DNA of 64,000 nucleotides. It comes from Psammoneis japonica (Eukaryota). The position numbers were made by a program, and so were the translations under genes. Positions within the stretch are counted from its first letter, which is position 1. The number at the start of each line of letters is the position of its first letter. The stretch lies in NCBI GenBank assembly GCA_008632985.1, contig QPGO01000084.1, positions 248,001 to 312,000 on the forward strand, written 5' to 3'. This document shows, one piece after another, positions 50,167-62,239 of the stretch. The notes under the pieces are model-generated. The model did no database searches. It saw only the letters and a list, made by a program, of their open reading frames with translations, and was not told where the DNA came from.

Positions 50167-53100
50167 TCCCAATGGTGTGTGTTGCTTCTCCCCAATCACC
50201 AGTCGCATGCTCAGTGAACACTCGCACGAGATTCGAAGTTGGGTGCTGTGGGGCAGGTCGTCTCGGAGTGAAAAATGTCTGTTTTGTTTTCACAAAGCAT
50301 GGCCTGTCGAGCTGCAATGAGCGTGCCATGATCTTGGGATTGCAAACCACCACAAATGTTGCCACCCTTGCTAATCACCTCTGCTCTAGAGTAGCCCTCT
50401 AGTGGGCCCTCTAGATAGAGGATGCCGCAACGTGCAACGTCCCTGTCATCGCAACGCCTGTAGAAATGGCACGAGCGCTCGTGCAAGTTTTACTCGTGAC
50501 TTCGAATCACCAGTCGAGAATGTATGTTGACTCATTCGATTGAATGAGTCACGACTCGGGAATGAAAATGGATCCATTCGACTAGAATTTATGAAAATAA
50601 AAATAGTTAGACTTTGACCCCCCACTCGAGACAGAAATACACAAGATATGAACCTTATCGGTCTCCTACCCTTTAAAACAATGTCTTGCGAGAATAGAAT
50701 AGGTGTGTATTGTTCATGGTGTGAGGTATTTGAAAATGGAACTAACTTTTCGCGGAGCACCTTTTTACTGTACACGTGAAAGTACGAGGGACGATTTTTA
50801 GTGATAGCTCTATCTAACGCAACCTTCTACTTGCGACCCCAAAAGTTATCGGGAACTTCGTATCGGCTGGAAATGTATTTTGGAAAACCAGGCCTGCGGG
50901 GAGCATTGACCACTTGTCTTTCTTTGTGGGTGTGGGTGTGTGCCGTTGCATGCTGTATTGCCTGTACGTACGTAGGGCCCTACCGCCGGGGCCGGTATTG
51001 TGCGTGGCGGCTGAGTGGCGTGGCCACCGCACCGGTGACGCGGATGACCGTTATATTTGATGTCTCATGCCATTTTTGGGGCTGTAGCGAGGTGCACGGA
51101 CACTCTTTTTTTTCCAATTTATCGCCATAAATAGCGCATCGCACAAACTCACTTATTGTTCGATATGTTTTCCCAAATATGACTGTTTCGTGTAGAATTC
51201 ACGACAAATTATCTTTGTTTATAACTGAATACAGGCATCGCTGATCTAATCGAAATCGCGCAGCGCGCACATCTAGTGTGCAATAGGAATCATTCGGGTC
51301 CTGAGAGTCTATGGCTCCAACTTCCCGTAGAAAGACCTCAAACATAAATTTTATTTAAGACTGGATAATAAATAAATTTGGGTGTTCGCAAAGATTTGAC
51401 TACTTGGACTGCTCAGTTTTTGGTTGTCTCGGCGCGTGCTTCTTCGTGTTATTTGCGCATCGCGACAATGGCGAAACACCGTTCCGCTGCAACCTGCTCA
51501 ACAACGACGTCTCAGTAGCTCGACAAATCATCAAAAACGAACCAATCACACTAAGACGCGTCAAATGGCAGTAATTTGTCGAGCCACTGAACCGAGTTGA
51601 CGAAGAAATGACGATTTGCAGTGACGCCTTCACGTCTTCGTCGACACGACAAATGATGATGCCATGCAAGATCGATGGAAGGCAGATGGAACATTGGATC
51701 CGACGTATTCGACTTCACGTTTGACTTGACAACTCTCCATCATCGTGTAAGGTGGGAACTTTTTGCAGTGCGCTGTCTCAAAACATGAACTTTGCTGCGT
51801 GCCCTCGTTCGATGTGCGCACGTTGAGTGAAAAGCAAATTAAAAATTGGCGTTTCGGCCAATGGCATGACCCTGTGGACAAGATTCTCCTGAACGTGCCG
51901 CCAAGAAGTGCACCTCTTCCGGGGTGGCTGGAGCAGGTGATGATGAGAAGTGAGCACTGAAGTTCACACTAGACCAGAAGCAACTGCCAGTTACGACCAC
52001 AATGAGTTTTGTCAATGGAGTGTCAGTGTTGTTTGCATTTCAGCAGTTTGGTTTATCTGGTCATAGAACCGTCCAAGGGTGAGCAAACACAAGGAGTTTG
52101 TGGTTGCATCTTGCTTGATGCCGCACTCTGAGGTTCCAAACACTGGAAGCATCAGAACAAACTAGATCATCAAAAGCACTGTGCAGCACAGGCCGCTCGT
52201 CACTTGGCACAGTCACACTTCAAGAATGCCATTCACCACCACATGTTGCGTTTGGCAAGTTGCAAGTCATGCTGGATGGATTTGATCTGGGCCACGCACT
52301 CGTTTCTCAACAAACTCAACGAGCATCGACGACAAGGCCAACTGCTCAAGCTTGACGAGAAGAAGTGTTTCGAGTTCAGAGATGAACTTGAGGTCCATGC
52401 CCAAGGGATCCAACCAGGAGAAACACTGCTCTGTTAAAAACCATTCTCCTGAAACAATGCGAGGAGTTAAAAGGAAGGAGTGTCAGCAGCAGGATTGGCA
52501 TCAATGCAAACAAGTTCTTCTAAAAAATTTCGTCCTCTGTGTCCACTGACATTTAATGTGCAGCACTGAACAATGCACAGTCCTCTTCTGCCTGCACTTG
52601 CCTTGTTGCTGCCGTGTCAATGACGATGGCGTTTTAGTCTCTCGGCAATTGTGCCCGTTGCTCATCATCTTCTCCTTGTGTCGTTGCATTGTTTTGGGTT
52701 GATTGATTGATGAGTGCTGATGACAGCGCGAGAACTGAAGCCGATTTTTTAGTCGGCAGAAAATTTGTCTTAAATGTGCATTTTGAATGTGTTTTGATGA
52801 TGGGGTCTTTCAGTGCGAAGTTGGAGCCATGGAGTCATCACGTGGAAATTGTGCAGGAGAGCACTAAAAGACAATTGTCATCAGTCTGTCCATCCGTCCG
52901 TGTGCGAATGTCAACTTCTCGGGAAATCAATTGAAATGCTGTCTGATTGACGGCATTTTGATCCACACAGTGAAGGCCAGTGCCATCAACCAGACAGCAT
53001 TTCAACTGAGTTCCCGAAAAGTCATTGGCTCCAATCACTCTCTCGCATGACATTGTGTGCATTTCCACACGATTTTGTGTTTTTCCTTGTGCAAAATGTC

Positions 53101-53435
53101 AATTGTGACCCACCCAACATTTTCGAATGACTCCTGTTGCATTGTTTTTCATGTTGTTTCCACAAGCATTGCATTGCTGATGAACCCAAACAATTTTGTT
53201 TCCACATTTGACCGCAAATGCAGCGTTTGTCATTTTCATGAATGAGGTCCGTGAGACATGAAGACACGTCGGACATTTTTCTGCATGCGCTGCTGACATC
53301 ATCTGTTGCTGTTTTAACCAAGCCTTCGACTCCAAACGAGGCCGGTGTCAGGCAGTTCTGACGCATGCCAAGAAGTGCCAGTTCCTCACCACGGAGATGC
53401 TCACCAAATGCTCGCCGCATCTGTTTGCATCAGTT

Positions 53436-53773
53436 GATGCATTCCAGACGCAGGTGGGAATCCGTGTGACATTGGGCCCATGGACTTCTGCGTGCGAGCT
53501 CCGCAGTAAAATCACACGGCAATTAAAACGTCAATGATCGCCAACAGAAAATGAGGCAATTTTGCGAACGCACAAACTTGCACATGATTGAAGTGCATCA
53601 TTTTTTACTTGGCCAGTTGCACTCTTCAGACATTGAAGAATGTGGCTGGCGCATTGTTGTTTCTACAAATTTGTCATGCAAAACGTCTGGGGTGCGAAAC
53701 ATGCGACGGATGACAAAAATTGTTGTTGTCACACGTCAGCACTGCGAGCTCCCACCCAGGGCTGGAACGCGTC
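53436..53773. mobile_element. Diverged member of the GAC-TIR MITE family, TSD AGTT/AGTC
   Basis: Ends gatgcattccagacgcaggtggga...tcccacccagggctggaacgcgtc; shares tccgtgtgacattgggccc with the other copies. Confidence 0.7.
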
Positions 53774-54279
53774 AGTCGCGCGAATGCTTCCCGCCCCACC
53801 CGACCCCCTTCACACCCTTCCTCATCGACGCCCAAATTTCGCCAAGTCGAAAATTCCACTGTGCTGTGGCGCACTGCAGAGCAATGGCGATCGACTTGAG
53901 ACATCACACACTGAGCCGCACGTGGAAATCCACTGAGATGACTTGATGTGTTTTTCGTGTGAGTCGCCTTGGCATCTGCGGCCGTTTCTCACAACTTCTT
54001 CCAGATTTAAAACAATGGAAGCAGCACCATGCGACAACATTGAGTCCATGTGATCATGTCAGGTGAAGCAAATGGCAAAATGGTGTGGACTTGTGGCCAA
54101 AATGGACTTGTTGCATTCACAGGATTGTTCGTGCACCATGCAAACTCAGTGCATGAGGCAGCCAAACTGGATCCACACGACACACCAATGAGCTCAAAGA
54201 CCAACTTAAACATGGAGGATTTAATCGGCTCATTGTCACGCAGTTTGATCTTAGACTGAGGGGTCAAAATGGCCCAAGA

Positions 54280-54669
54280 GACGTGTTCCAGGTCCAGGTG
54301 GGACCTCGCACTGCTGAGCTGTGACATCGACAGTTTTTTGAATCACGTCGCATGTCCCGCACGCAGATTTCTACGTGATTTTTTCGACATTTTGTGTCAT
54401 TTTATAGTGCACTCATTGAGCGATCCATCCAACAACTTTTGACATTTTTTGTCACAGCGCGATTCTGCAATGTCTTAAGAATCGCGCAGGGCAGGCGCGT
54501 TTGTAAAAACGTCGAGTGGCAAGAGGCACAATTGCACCACAAACTTGGCTGTTCATTTGATGTTGAAGACAAATGCATCCATTGATTAAATTCTCTTGTT
54601 GCGGAGCTCGCACACAGAATTCTGAGGCTCCAATGTCACACGGAGTCCCGCCCAGGGCTGGAACACGTC
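54280..54669 (+). mobile_element. GAC-TIR MITE copy 2 (TA-mutated), TSD AAGA/GAGA
   Basis: Colinear with 7254-7643 over its full length. Confidence 0.9.
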
Positions 54670-55023
54670 GAGAAAAGGATCTAAAACTTGACAATTGACA
54701 GCTTCTGAAAAAACTCCACAAGTCTGCGATTGCAGCACTGGACAAAAGAGAAATGAACTTCACAGACTGACCAACACATGACAGCTCGATTGCTCTTCTT
54801 TTTGTTGTCATGCGGTTGAAATTTGATGCCGTTGCGGCCATCATTTTCATGCTCTGTGTGCCACCATGTTGTCGATGCGTGTTGTTTTCTGTTTTCTGGG
54901 CATTGCCGTCAGTTTTGGTCAGTTTTGATGGGGGGGGGGATTGTGTTTGGTTTGAAAGAGTGATGTGGCAGTTCGCACATGACGGAGAGACTGATGCAAC
55001 GCATTCAACGAAAAAGTCGTGGT

Positions 55024-55413
55024 GACGCGTTCCAGCCCCAGGTGGGACTCCGTGTGACATTGGGCCCGCAGAATTCTGCGTGCGAGCTCCGCAGCACGAG
55101 AATTTGGCCAATGGACACATTTGTCTTCAACATCAAATGAACGGCCAAGTTTGTGGTGCAATTGTGCCTCTTGCACCTCGACATTTTTGCAAATGCGCCT
55201 GCCCTGCGCGATTCTCAAGACATCACAGAATCGCGCTGTGACAAAAAATGTCAAAAGTTGTTGGACAGATCGCTCAATGAGTGCACCGTAAAATGGCACA
55301 AAATGTCAAAAAAATCACGCAGAAATCCATGTGCGCGACATGCAACATGATTCAAAAAACCATCGATGTCACAGTTCAGCAGTGCGAGGTCCCACCTGGA
55401 CCTGGAGCGCGTC
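55024..55413 (-). mobile_element. GAC-TIR MITE copy 3 (inverted, TA-mutated), TSD TGGT/TGGC
   Basis: Reverse complement is colinear with 7254-7643. Confidence 0.9.
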
Positions 55414-56973
55414 TGGCGAGCATTTGGTGAGCATCTCCGTGGTGAGGAATTGGTGCTTCTCCGCAAACCCACCCAGAAAGACCCTCATGATGTCATTGAT
55501 GACGCAATTTCAACTCGCACCAAATGTTTGAACAAAAGTCACCCAAACGCAGAGTTGTCGCGTTTCTTTGCCGACAAAGTCCAACAAACAAGTGATCGTC
55601 CGGAACAACAAATGATGACCCCTGCACATTTTTCAACATGCCATGCCGGCAACCCCAATTTTTGAGAACTTTCGAGCTCTCCTGAAAAACCGTGCCACGT
55701 GCAGGGCTCGCCGCTCTGGCGTTTGTGTTTTGTTGTCCTGCACGATTGCTCACACACCAGACTTTGTTGGTGAAGAAACAAGACAACTGCATTTTTGCAA
55801 CTTTTGTTCGAACATTCAGCCCAAGTTGAAGTCACGTCATGAATGACATCATGTTCTGTGCGCATCACAGTTGACTGACTGCATCCTCGCAGTGAGCCCT
55901 GCTGCATTGCTGCAAGTGTTTCTTCGCACCCATGCAGCAAAAAAAAATCTGCAATGTTTCATTGTCTCCACTCGTGAACACAATGCTCGCGAAAATGACA
56001 CGAAAAACAACAAACACTGGATGTGCGCGCCGCGTGATTTCAATTGGATCAGCAAGCCCTGCACCCGTCGCGGGGAATTTGTCGATTTTTTGGGATGTGT
56101 CCCCACGACCTCTCATGTCCTCAATGATCATTCTGCAAATCTGAAAAGTTCATCTGCACTCAGACGGACAACCCGACTGCCCGACTGCCCGACGACTGCC
56201 CAACCTCCCGACTGCCCAACTGCCGGACCCACACGAAAAAGTCTGCAATCACCAACCACTGAGTGGTCAATGAAAATGGGGGGTGTGTGATTACACGTGG
56301 AAGCATGACGTTGGGCTCCATAGCAGCTTGGAAACTGGCCAACACCGACGACGACGACTCGAGCTCCGATGACTTGTTTCAGATTTTGCGTCCGACTCGC
56401 GCGGGTTTTTCGTTTTTCGACGTTTATTCAAATGTTATATCTCAAATTTTTATATACAGCATTCCTTTTTGTAAATGTGCATAATATTGTACCGTTTTAT
56501 TCATTATATATATGTTAAAACCATGCCACTACAGGTTTGTACGTACCATACAGTAGCACACGTAGAGCAGATCGCGTAATTTTGAATGCAACAGTAATTT
56601 TATGACGATCTGTATACACATATGCTTTTAGCTGATTTTCACGTTGTGCAGCCACAATGGCATGCGAACGAATCATCGTTCCCGCTGTGCTGCTTCGTCG
56701 TTGCCAGTTCCATTAGAACACATAGCGCCGCATAGATAAAGCTTGAACGGAAGCGTGGTCGTATCAGTCCGCAGCTCTATTGAGAGTTCTGAATGCCAGG
56801 CGAAGAGGCGAACCCAAACCTTTTTGATTTGTTCGTTGGGTGTCGGCAGGTTGATTGATCGATTGATTGGTACGTTTGCGAAGTGCTTGTCCCCGTATTG
56901 TAGTGTCTTGTATGCTTGCTTTATCTTCTTGTTCTTTCTAACCATGCTCTTATTCTCTAGTCGTAGACACAGA

Positions 56974-59900
56974 ATGAAGGATCCTACTTCACACGCATCG
57001 TCAGGGAGGACAGGAGCACTTTCTGTAGGCGTCTCTATGATCGATGATGATATGGCTAGCGAGAACATCGCGGCAATCGCAGCACGTACTAACAAGCTAG
57101 AAGCAATAACCACAAGACGAATCGCTGAACCGCTCCAGTCACAAGAAAATCGGGAAGTGCAAACCACACCCAGCGCTTTTCGCCGCGCAACGAGACCAGC
57201 TCCAAGGCATCGACCGAATTTGTTTGGTAGGCGGGTCGATTACCGGACACTCGAGGCGGCAAGGGCTGGATTGTCAAAGGCAATGTCTAGAGTATCGAAA
57301 ATATCAAACATCTACTATCTGACACAAGACAGAGTAGTACAAGAAGGAGGAACTGCTGGTCTTGATGACACTGCTCGTGAAGCAGCGCAAGGGCTTGTAC
57401 GACTCGCCGCAATCAATACCGAGACCGGTCAGCCACCAAGAGACGAGTCCCGTACCCCAGATGTTCAACAAGCGGCTACAGACACTTCTATCCTCCAAGC
57501 TACAGGCTCTAAGCGAACTCACGAAGCCAGTATCCATCAGGGAGTGAAGCTAGCGGATACGAGCAATGCAATCGTCCAAACCACAGGCTCGGAGCGACGA
57601 AATGCAGCCCGCTTCTATCAAGGAGCTCAGCAAGCGACTACGAACAGTGCCACCGTCCGAGCCACCGGCTCCGAGCGAAATGAATCACGCCCTGCTTTGG
57701 AGGCGAATGGCAAATCCACTGCCGATACCGTCGATGAAACAGCACTAGTTGATAATCCCAGCGAGCACGTGCTGGGCATGACTCCTGCTCGTCATCGCTG
57801 CTCCTCTAGAACACGCACGTCAGAGCAAGGTGACTATTCATCCCGTGTGGCTTCTGGCTCTTTGCAAGATCCCAACCAAGGAGCAACGTCAGTTGAAGAC
57901 GATGGAACAGCGCAAAGGCTTGTACGACTCGCCGCAATCAATACCGAGACCGGTCAGCCACCAAGAGACAAGTCCCGTACCCCAGATGTTCAACGAGCGG
58001 CTACAGACACTTCTATCCTCCAAGCTACAGGCTCTAAGCGAACTCACGAAGCCAGTATCCATCAGGGAGTGAAGCTAGCGAATACGAGCAATGCAATCGT
58101 CCAAACCACAGGCTCGGAGCGACGAAATGCAGCCCGCTTCTATCAAGGAGCTCAGCAAGCGACTACGAACAGTGCCACCGTCCGAGCCACCGGCTCCGAG
58201 CGAAATGAATCACGCCCTGCTTTGGAGGCGAATGGCAAATCCACTGCCGATACCGTCGACGAAACAGCACTAGTTGATAATCCCAGCGAGCACGTGCTGG
58301 GCATGACTCCTGCTCGTCATCGCTGCTCCTCTAGAACACGCACGTCAGAGCAAGGTGACTATTCATCCCGTGTGGCTTCTGGCTCTTTGCAAGATCCCAA
58401 CCAAGGAGCAACGTCAGTTGAAGACGATGGAACAGCGCAAAGGCTTGTACGACTCGCCGCAATCAATACCGAGACCGGTCAGCCACCAAGAGACAAGTCC
58501 CGTACCCCAGATGTTCAACGAGCGGTACAGACACTACTATCCTCCAAGCTACAGGCTCTAAGCGAACTCACGAAGCCAGTATCCATCAGGGAGTGAAGCT
58601 AGCGAATACGAGCAATGCAATCGTCCAAAGCACAGGCTCGGAGCGACGAAATGCAGCCCGCTTCTATCAAGGAGCTCAGCAAGCGACTACGAACAGTGCC
58701 ACCGTCCGAGCCACCGGCTCCGAGCGAAATGAATCACGCCCTGCTTTGGAGGCGAATGGCAAATCCACTGCCGATACCGTCGATGAAACAGCACTAGTTG
58801 ATAATCCCAGCGAACACGTGCTGGGCATGACTCCTGCTCGTCATCGCCGCTCCTCTAGAAAACGCACGTCAGAGCAAGGTGACTATTCATCCCGTGTGGC
58901 TTCTGGCTCTTTGCAAGATCCCAACCAAGGAGCAACGTCAGTTGAAGACGATGGAACAACGAAAGTGCCGAATGGAATCACTCTGCAATACAACGGCAAA
59001 TGTCAAGTGAGATTTCCTCACGACAGCAGGACCTGCTATATTGGTACATTTGACTCACTCTCACTCGCCGTTGTTGCTCAGAACACGGGCCGTACGAAGA
59101 TGAAAGAGTTTCATGATTCCAAGGGGAATGAAAAGCCGCTAACTTCAGCCGATCACAAGCATGGCGTGAAATTTGTCAAGGAAGCTTGCCGTACAGCAGT
59201 CCAACAGTACCTACAAGATCACCCAGAAGAACTCGATAAGGTATCGAAACGGTCACGGACAAGAGCGCAAGAAGGCAAAGACAGGTACGCTTCGGATTCG
59301 AACGAAGATCATATTGGGAAGAAGCGCACTTGGAAAATGGAATCAAAAACAGATACAAAGAATCTCAGACGCAGCTCGCGCGCCAAAAAAGCACGAACAG
59401 TTTCGGACTTCCCAACCAAGCAGCGCGATACTTCATCACGCACCTTATCAATAGGGAAACGTGCGTCCTCGGCTAGTTCGGAGGGTCTTCCTTCAGACGT
59501 ATCACATTTGCGTGCTGGAGCAGAGCAATTGAGCACTCACTATCTAGGTGGCTTCACCATTGGCCTTCCTGCGCCTTCAAAAGGGGAGCCGTACGCTGAA
59601 GAAAGCGCATGGCGTTTGCATAATCCAACGGTGCCTCCTGACCAGAGCAAATTCGGCAAGTTGCCGCTGCAATCGCTCCCACCACCTCCAAGCCTACCAC
59701 AGTTTCCACACACTGGCCTTTGTGAATGGACGTGGGATGAAGAATCTCGAGTTCTCCTTGGCAATTTCAGAAAGAATAAAAGCAGTAAGGTGGAAGTCAG
59801 TAAGGAGGATGAAGAGTTCCTGTTGCGCATGATGGAACGCAACGATATTTCAGTTATTAGCGAAGGACTGGCCGATGATCTCGATGGTGCGATCTGGACC

Positions 59901-61908
59901 CCGCAGTATATCGCAGACGTAGCGGGGGACAAGTATTACCACAAGTTTCGCAGATTTGAGCGAATGAAGGGCTGCATTTCCTTGCAGTACGATGAAGTGG
60001 ACGAGTGTGTTTCTATGAAAATTTCAGATTTCGTTCGTTATTTGGATGCACGTCAGACAGCCCTGAGCAACCAACATGTCGATATGATTTCTTCCGGCAC
60101 GCGCTTTTCGTTTGTTGACGACGAAGGCAAGGAGATTGTTATTGACGTGATTGACACCGTTTTGTACATGATTGATCTCGATATTATCAAGCTGCTGCCA
60201 TCTATTCACGAAAACTTTGTTGACAGCTTCAAGCTGCCTGGCATTTTGCCCGGTGGAAAGCATTGCTTGCTGAACGCGGTAAGTCCATCAGTTTCAGAAG
60301 TTGTTTGCTAGTGTCCCAATGACTTCTTACGTGTCGTGCATATGGATTGTGCCCAGGTCAACCAAAATGGACGCCCCTTCATGGGACCGAACCTATACGT
60401 CACCCCTCCAGCTTCCTTTACCCATTTCCATCAAGATGGCCATGGTACTGTTGATAGTGGGCACCAATGCCTCGCGGGCTACAACGAAGTCGTAATGTTG
60501 CGACGACTACCAGAAAGTCACAAAAAGTACGCTCTGTACCTTCTGAACGGCTCGGGAAAGAACGGCACAAGCCAGTATGACGCTTTATATGGTTTTCCTC
60601 ACGGGGATGGAGTGGTACGTGCACATGTCGATTGGCTTCACCGTATGTGTCTTGACGTTTCAACTGTATCGCTAAATCTAATTTCAAATGGGCTGTAATG
60701 GAAGGGAGCCAAACCAGTTTGGCCAGAACGCGACTCTATAGATAAGTGCAAAGAAATGGGGTAAGCAGCTACCGGTATTCATAGTACGTCATTCTCCTGC
60801 TCGTCGCATCTCTCACATTCTGTTATCATTGCTATGGCAAAGGTATTGTCCTTCGGTTTTCATTCTGAAACCAGGTCAGCTTGTCCATATCAACAAGGGC
60901 AGGCTACATGCTTTTAGGAAGATGGCGCCGGTCCAGCTCCCTGAGAACGACTGTCACGCGACACTCCGTGGTGAGATTCTTCGTGAACTAGATGGTGCAA
61001 ACACGGAAGACATTTGCGTCTCTGTTGCCTGGGATTGGATGTATCGAGGTTTTTCAAGTGAAGGCATCAATCGGGAAGTCGTGTCAATGCTCGAATGTGC
61101 AGCTCTTAATCGCAAGAATCTGTCCAAAGAAACGCTTGCTATTCCAGAGCATTCCATCATACAGACGGCACGGAATGCCGCCGCCGAGCCAGACAGGTCA
61201 GGGCCAGTGCCGAAGAGCTCTTGGATACAGCCCCGCGGAAACCCAAATGGTTCAGAAACGCGTGTGTTCCCTTCCAGTGAGACTGTGATGAAGGGTATCC
61301 TTCCTTCTCTTCGATACGTGGTGGAGAAGCATGCCGAGGCCAAGAGCAATGCGGAGAAGAATCAAGCGAATCACACCTCTACGAAGGCCAGTGTTACAAT
61401 TGTAAACAAGCCAAACTCATGGGAGAACCCAAACTCCTTTCCGATTGATCCATATGGGAACACTGACTTCTTTTGCCGTTTGTGCCAGAAGGAGTTGTCG
61501 AATGTTTACATGCATTGCGATGGGTGCGAGATCCTCGTAAACAAGGATTACAATATTTGCGTTGACTGTCACAAGGAGAAAAAGTATGAGAAATTCGAGC
61601 AGATGCATCCGCTGGATAACGTGAGGAACAGCAGCATCAATCACACAGGTGATTTTTCAGAAGACAGGAAAAAGCGACGCTGCCCCTGCAAGAACGCCCC
61701 CCTTTGCGTCAGATGCAGGCACTGTTCAGGGTGCTCTTGCAGGTGTCACAAGTGTTTTACGTTGCACTACAGACACGCAACTATCGAGGAAGAAACGGAG
61801 TTGCTCCAGAGGGTGGAAGCTAGAGTAGGCGAGAATCCTGCTCAGCAGGAAACCATGGATAGACTCAGATGGATTGGGTCATTGAATGGCGGTAGGTCAG
61901 CCCTCTAG
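56974..61908 (+). CDS. JmjC-domain protein (putative histone demethylase) with AP2-like DNA-binding domain, Cys-rich Zn fingers and N-terminal 175-aa repeats; one apparent 1-nt frameshift at ~58526
   Basis: AP2-like PNGITLQYNGKCQVRF..TCYIGTFDS..A; JmjC LYVTPPASFTHFHQD...LKPGQLVHINKGRLHAFRK (HxD..H); CRLCQKELSNVYMHCDGC..ICVDCH. In-frame introns at 60279-60356, 60615-60704 and 60761-60842. Start codon uncertain. Confidence 0.8.
57383..58958 (+). repeat. Three near-identical 525-bp coding tandem repeats
   Basis: Units start at 57383, 57908 and 58433 (cagcgcaa(g/a)ggcttgtacgactcgcc). Confidence 0.95.
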
Positions 61909-62239
61909 ACTCTCCGGGTCCGATGGACGAGCCCGAAGACAGTGCTGACCCCTCCAGTGTCCTCGAAATGGAGGGCATGTACGCTGGTACCGGACTGGAA
62001 AAGACACAAAGCTGAGGCGCACTCCAAGAGACACGGCGCATGTCAGTGACGAGAGAAAACTACCCATACGATGTTGCAGGTATCCCGCCTTTCTATGGTG
62101 CAGCAATCTTCTCCCGAATAAGTAGGAGTAGTCTCTATTTTATGCAATGTTTTGTTCTATTTTGCCGCATGGAGTTGACGAGTCTTTCCTCCAACCTTGT
62201 GATTGCTATATTGCTAAAATAACGCTGCTCCAAAAAGCA

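Larger units (their letters stand above)
51700..56300. other. TpA-depleted domain D6 containing three MITE copies
   Basis: TA is rare and CpG partly retained. Confidence 0.75.

Noticed and set aside
4780..56300. Alternative genetic code or foreign (viral/HGT) DNA as the cause of Tyr-free ORFs
   Set aside because: TA loss affects non-coding MITEs and all frames equally, and the same MITE exists in TA-rich and TA-poor forms.
50960..56560. One large DNA transposon spanning D6
   Set aside because: Subterminal-looking sequence at both sides, but I could not find matching TIRs or a TSD.
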